From contig ASPF01000012.1 in the NCBI GenBank assembly GCA_000405685.1, positions 14,326 to 78,325 of the forward strand: a DNA stretch of 64,000 bases, written 5' to 3'. Under the pieces are notes generated by a model, which made no database searches, was not told the origin of the DNA, and saw only the letters and a program-made list of their open reading frames with translations. How positions within the stretch are numbered: the first letter of the stretch is position 1; every line of letters starts with the position of its first letter. Below, piece by piece: positions 60,310-64,000 of this stretch. The position numbers and the translations under genes were made by a program. Source of the stretch: Candidatus Geocrenenecus sp. JGI 0000106-J15. GTDB lineage: Archaea > Thermoproteota > Nitrososphaeria_A > Caldarchaeales > Wolframiiraptoraceae.

Positions 60310-60669
60310 TTAGGTTTTAAAGAACAGCCAGCCCCTCAATGTATTGATTAAGATATATTTCCCGTTCAGTTTAGATCCGTAAATATACATTACAATCTTC
60401 TTATCAGGTTCATACTCTAAGAGCTTGTATTCACCTTTATCCCAGATCTTAACTATTCCTGCACCGTATCCTTCAACAATCTCACCTTCAAAGCCAGCAT
60501 AAGATAACTCATGGTCAGCTTGAGGTATACAGAGCCTCTTCACACCCTTATCGATTGGAGGCTCTTTCCTCATCGCCCAAGACTTCAACACGCCTTCCAT
60601 CTCGATCCTTAGATCGTAGTGGAGACCAGCCTTCTTTGCAAAATGTTGATGAATAACATATATCGGCAT
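60310..60669 (-). CDS. Stand-alone LigD 3'-phosphoesterase (PE) domain protein.
   Basis: HYDLRIEMEGVLKSWAMRKEPP...KRLCIPQADHELSYAGFEGEIVEGYGAGIVKIWDKGEY matches the HYDLRLE/SWAVPKGPS hallmark motifs of the LigD PE domain. Confidence 0.75.
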   Translation of the reverse strand: MPIYVIHQHFAKKAGLHYDLRIEMEGVLKSWAMRKEPPIDKGVKRLCIPQADHELSYAGFEGEIVEGYGAGIVKIWDKGEYKLLEYEPDKKIVMYIYGSKLNGKYILINTLRGWLFFKT

Positions 60670-60675
60670 AAAAGC

Positions 60676-61566
60676 TCACTTTACTCTAAATAAGTATAGT
60701 CTACCATTCGCATACACACCATCTATAACTTTCTCATCTATGAGCCAAGAAATATAAGATTTTAAAGCTGAACTATACAAGAAGTACATTGGAGGAGATA
60801 ATTCAAGCTTCAACTCTAATAGAATATTTGAGAAGAGTTCCTCAAAAGATATCTTGCTCTGAGCATGTTCTTCAATAAGTTTCCTAACTTTCATTATAGA
60901 GTTGAGATTAACATTGATAACATTACCTATATTCGAGGCGGGATCGAAATGGCAAGGTACATAGTATTTATGGTCTTCCTCCTTAAGCTTACTGAGTGTT
61001 TTTACAGCTTCTCGAACGTTGAAATGATACAACACCTTAAACTTCTCTACAAGATTCTCAGGGAATAAAGCATCACCGATAAAAAATATATCATCAGCAA
61101 CTAAGCCATACATATTAAATGAATGACCAGCCAAGGCAACATATCTTAAATCGAGTTCTCCATCCACATCTTCACTTATTGTCTTGTAAACCTTAGAAGG
61201 CTTAGCCATGAAGAATTTCTCCCTCATACTCTCGGGAGGATAAGATCCATAGAGAAAGATAGGTTCAAGAACTGGATTCTCAATAAAGTATGACTCTATA
61301 CTTGGAGAAATTATATTTGCTTCACATCTATCTAATATTATACGGTTTCCACCTATATGGTCTGCATGAGAATGGGTATTGAAAATATACTTAATCTTTA
61401 ATCCAGCATCGTTAACGATGTTGATTATCCTCCTACCTTGATCTTCATCCAGCCCTGTGTCAACCACTATGCACCAATTATCTCTAACAATTACACCAAT
61501 ATTGGTCCTTCCAGGAATATAGTAAACATCCTCCACTATCTTCTTCAGTTCTCTAACAGGGCACAT
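60676..61566 (-). CDS. Metallo-beta-lactamase-fold hydrolase.
   Basis: FNTHSHADHIGGN is the HxHxDH motif. Immediately upstream of, and co-oriented with, the PE-domain gene (6-nt spacer). Confidence 0.7.
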   Translation of the reverse strand: MCPVRELKKIVEDVYYIPGRTNIGVIVRDNWCIVVDTGLDEDQGRRIINIVNDAGLKIKYIFNTHSHADHIGGNRIILDRCEANIISPSIESYFIENPVLEPIFLYGSYPPESMREKFFMAKPSKVYKTISEDVDGELDLRYVALAGHSFNMYGLVADDIFFIGDALFPENLVEKFKVLYHFNVREAVKTLSKLKEEDHKYYVPCHFDPASNIGNVINVNLNSIMKVRKLIEEHAQSKISFEELFSNILLELKLELSPPMYFLYSSALKSYISWLIDEKVIDGVYANGRLYLFRVK

Positions 61567-61678
61567 CTAAACATCATTAAAGAGATAACCAAGTTAATAA
61601 TAATTACTTCTAAATAATTGAAATGTAGAGAGATTAAAGATAAAAATAGGGAAGAATCGAGAAATCTAGAGGAGAAGC

Positions 61679-62986
61679 TTGGGAGCATCTTTAAGAGAAT
61701 TATTAAATAAACTACAAGATAGAGGCAAGATTATAACTATAGAAAACTCTGCATCTGTTAAGTTTGAGATACCATCTATACTAAAGAAACTCGACCCTAA
61801 ACCCGTACTATTTGAGAAGATAACTGAATATCCAGACTTTAAGCTTATAGGAAATCTATGTGCAGATAGAAGCCTCCTAGCAGAAGCTATTAATACTTCT
61901 CCACAAGAACTCAGGATAAAATTAATTCAAGCATTAGAGAACCCTAAAGAGAAGAAGATAGTTGAGAATCCTCCATGCCAAGAAGTAGTTATTGATAATC
62001 CAGACTTAACCCGTCTCCCATTTATCTGGACTGGGCTGAGAGATCGTGCACCATACATAACTGCAAGCATAATAGTTGCTTACGATAGAGAGTATGGTTA
62101 TAATGCAAGCTATCATAGACTTATGCTTCTAGATAAAAAAAGAATAGCAGCTAGAATCGTTCCAAGACATCTCTATAAATATATTGAGAGAGGATGTAGA
62201 GAAATAGCTATAACTATTGGGAACCATCCAGCATTCATGCTTGCAGCCTCCATAACCTCAAGCATAGAATTAGATGAACTCTCAGTAGCCTCATCATTAT
62301 CAGATATAAGATATGCGAAAACACTAACGAACAATCTCTTAGTTCCAGCTGAATGTGAGATAGTATTAGAAGGATACATTACAGATGAATATACAGATGA
62401 AGGACCATTCCTAGATATTCTAGGAACATACGATATAGTTAGAAAAGAAAGAATAATAGAGATAAGATGTATAACTATGAGGAAGAACCCGATATTCCAG
62501 TATATACTGCCAGCAGGCTATGAACATAAGAATCTAATGGGTCTGCCTAGAGAAGCAACAATGTTCTATGAAGTTAGTAAGGTATGTGAATGCCTAGATG
62601 TTAGACTAACACCTGGAAGCGGTGGATGGCTTAACGCAATAGTCAAGATAAGAAAGAAGAATGATGAAGACGGTAAGAAAGCTATAGAAGCAGCATTCAG
62701 AGGACATGAAAGTCTAAAATATGTAGTAGTAGTAGATGAAGATATAGATATCGATAACCTTGAAGAAGTTGAATGGGCCATATCTACAAGAACCCAGCTA
62801 GATAGAGACCTAGTAATAAAACCAGGTCAGAAGGGATCATCACTCGACCCCTCAGCAGATCAAATTACGAGATTAACATGTAAAGCTGGAATCGATGCAA
62901 CGATCCCATTAACAATAGGAGATGAGAAATTCCGAAAAGCCATCATACCTGAAGTAGATATAAAGAGATTCCTTAAAGATGGATAA
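61679..62986 (+). CDS. UbiD-family decarboxylase; candidate anhydromevalonate phosphate decarboxylase of the archaeal modified mevalonate pathway.
   Basis: UbiD-like N-terminus (LRELLNKLQDRGKIITIENSASVKFEIPS...), size 435 aa. Immediately followed by an AcnX-like gene. Confidence 0.65.
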   Translation: MGASLRELLNKLQDRGKIITIENSASVKFEIPSILKKLDPKPVLFEKITEYPDFKLIGNLCADRSLLAEAINTSPQELRIKLIQALENPKEKKIVENPPCQEVVIDNPDLTRLPFIWTGLRDRAPYITASIIVAYDREYGYNASYHRLMLLDKKRIAARIVPRHLYKYIERGCREIAITIGNHPAFMLAASITSSIELDELSVASSLSDIRYAKTLTNNLLVPAECEIVLEGYITDEYTDEGPFLDILGTYDIVRKERIIEIRCITMRKNPIFQYILPAGYEHKNLMGLPREATMFYEVSKVCECLDVRLTPGSGGWLNAIVKIRKKNDEDGKKAIEAAFRGHESLKYVVVVDEDIDIDNLEEVEWAISTRTQLDRDLVIKPGQKGSSLDPSADQITRLTCKAGIDATIPLTIGDEKFRKAIIPEVDIKRFLKDG

Positions 62987-63081
62987 GCAACTACAATATT
63001 CATGGTTTTGACTCAAGCTTAATATAATTCAATAAAATTCTAAACTATGATAGGCTCTCCAAGAAATATGTGTGGTGGATA

Positions 63082-64000
63082 ATGTATCTAACCCGAGAAG
63101 AAGAGAAGATGCTCAAAGGCGAGATGGGATATGCAAAACAAGTAGCTATGGAGATTCTTTTAGCCTTAGGGGAGATATATGGAGCAGAAAAGATGGTGTT
63201 GATAAAGAGTGCCCAGATATCAGGGGTATCATATATGAATCTAGGTGAAGCTGGAGTAGAATGGCTTGAAGAATTGTCTACAGATGGTAAAGTAGAAGTA
63301 TATACAACATTGAATCCTGCTGGAATGGATATTGAGAGATGGAGGGAGATGAGTATAAGTAGAGAATTCGCTGAAAAGCAGATTAGGATAACCAACGCAT
63401 ACACTAAGATGGGCATCCATCTAACCTTAACATGTACACCTTACCTTGCAGGAAATAAGCCAAGTCTAGGAGACCACATAGCATGGGCTGAGAGCTCAGC
63501 AGTAGTTTACGCCAACTCAGTGATCGGAGCTAGAACCAATAGAGAAGGTGGACCAAGCGCATTAGCTTCTGCATTAACTGGTAGAACACCATACTATGGG
63601 TTACATATTACTGAAAATAGAGCTTACTCTTTAAGAATAAATGTTCCAAATCTTAGAGACGAATATGATTTCGCTCTACTAGGATATATCTCAGGAAAAC
63701 TCTGTAAAGGAAGGATACCTATGTTTTCTAGAGTAGAATCTGCTAATCAAGTTGAACTTAAAGCTCTTGGAGCAGCATTGGCAAGCACAGGAGGAATAGC
63801 AATGTTCCATGTTGAAGGATTAACTCCAGAATATATGCTGCCTCCACAAGATAGAGTTGAGGAAATAGATATAGAAGAAGGAGACCTTAAGAATGCTGCA
63901 GAAGAATTAAATGATAATGTTGAACCAGACTTGATATTTATCGGATGCCCACATGCCTCTCTTGAAGAACTGATAATGGTTATGCAGAGACTTAGAGATA
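63082..64000 (+). CDS. AcnX-like (DUF521) large subunit, 3'-partial; candidate mevalonate 5-phosphate dehydratase large subunit.
   Basis: MYLTREEEKMLKGEMGYAKQVAMEILLALGEIYGAEKMVLIKSAQISGVSY...TTLNPAGMD...AWAESSAVVYANSVIGARTNREGG matches aconitase-X family conserved regions. Runs off the window end. Confidence 0.6.
   Translation, partial: MYLTREEEKMLKGEMGYAKQVAMEILLALGEIYGAEKMVLIKSAQISGVSYMNLGEAGVEWLEELSTDGKVEVYTTLNPAGMDIERWREMSISREFAEKQIRITNAYTKMGIHLTLTCTPYLAGNKPSLGDHIAWAESSAVVYANSVIGARTNREGGPSALASALTGRTPYYGLHITENRAYSLRINVPNLRDEYDFALLGYISGKLCKGRIPMFSRVESANQVELKALGAALASTGGIAMFHVEGLTPEYMLPPQDRVEEIDIEEGDLKNAAEELNDNVEPDLIFIGCPHASLEELIMVMQRLRD

Noticed and set aside
1-64000. CRISPR arrays, rRNA genes, cas genes.
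   Set aside because: No regularly spaced direct repeats and no rRNA-like or Cas-like sequences were seen anywhere in the window.

Overview
This 64-kb window of an AT-rich (roughly 35-40% GC) archaeal chromosome is almost certainly from a hyperthermophilic crenarchaeon (Thermoprotei). The evidence is: archaeal-type ribosomal proteins uL3/uL4/uL23/uL2/uS19, the primase large subunit PriL, an intron-containing tRNA, a two-subunit 2-oxoacid:ferredoxin oxidoreductase, a PaREP1-family gene, many HEPN/MNT pairs, and UbiD-like plus AcnX-like genes of the Aeropyrum-type mevalonate pathway.

The window is a mosaic of core and accessory DNA:
- **1-6540:** a giant secreted, C-terminally anchored surface (S-layer-like) protein of more than 2167 aa.
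- **6.5-17.5 kb:** a toxin-antitoxin and remnant-mobile-element island containing
  - a frameshifted PaREP1 gene,
  - a vapBC pair with an in-frame TGA,
  - two HEPN/MNT pairs,
  - an intron-containing tRNA-Ser,
  - a divergent PRTase-like protein,
  - a PriS-like archaeo-eukaryotic primase (AEP) lacking a Zn finger,
  - retropepsin-like proteases,
  - a decayed tyrosine integrase.
- **17.8-21.1 kb:** stand-alone rps19 and rpl2, separated by an opposite-strand trpB2.
- **21-25 kb:** a DUF3782-like coiled-coil protein, a SPOUT methyltransferase, archease and a surface protein.
- **25-40.7 kb:** a surface-glycan biosynthesis locus (nucleotide-sugar dehydrogenase, epimerase, nucleotidyltransferase, five GT4 genes, a CgeB-like glycosyltransferase, a Wzx-like flippase, GT-C/Wzy-like membrane proteins). 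Several of its genes are frameshifted and a second decayed vapBC sits inside it.
- **40.7-41.8 kb:** an intact IS1595-family insertion sequence with 26-bp inverted repeats and an 8-bp target duplication.
- **42-44.7 kb:** two more MNT/HEPN pairs, one of them conspicuously GC-rich.
- **45-47 kb:** rpl23-rpl4-rpl3.
- **47.3-64 kb:** a HepT/MntA pair, an Lrp regulator, an AsnB-like amidotransferase, a cluster of three small secreted proteins sharing an AYS signal-peptidase cleavage motif followed by a Sec11/SipW-type signal peptidase I and a repeat-containing membrane protein, an HD hydrolase, PriL, a 2-oxoacid:ferredoxin oxidoreductase, a stand-alone LigD 3'-phosphoesterase, a metallo-beta-lactamase-fold protein, and the UbiD-like/AcnX-like mevalonate-pathway pair.

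No CRISPR array or rRNA was seen. Apparent frameshifts and in-frame stops are confined to accessory genes (toxin-antitoxin, integrase, glycosyltransferases), whereas the 6.5-kb giant ORF and all housekeeping genes are intact. That pattern argues for genuine gene decay rather than uniform sequencing error, but this cannot be proven from sequence alone.
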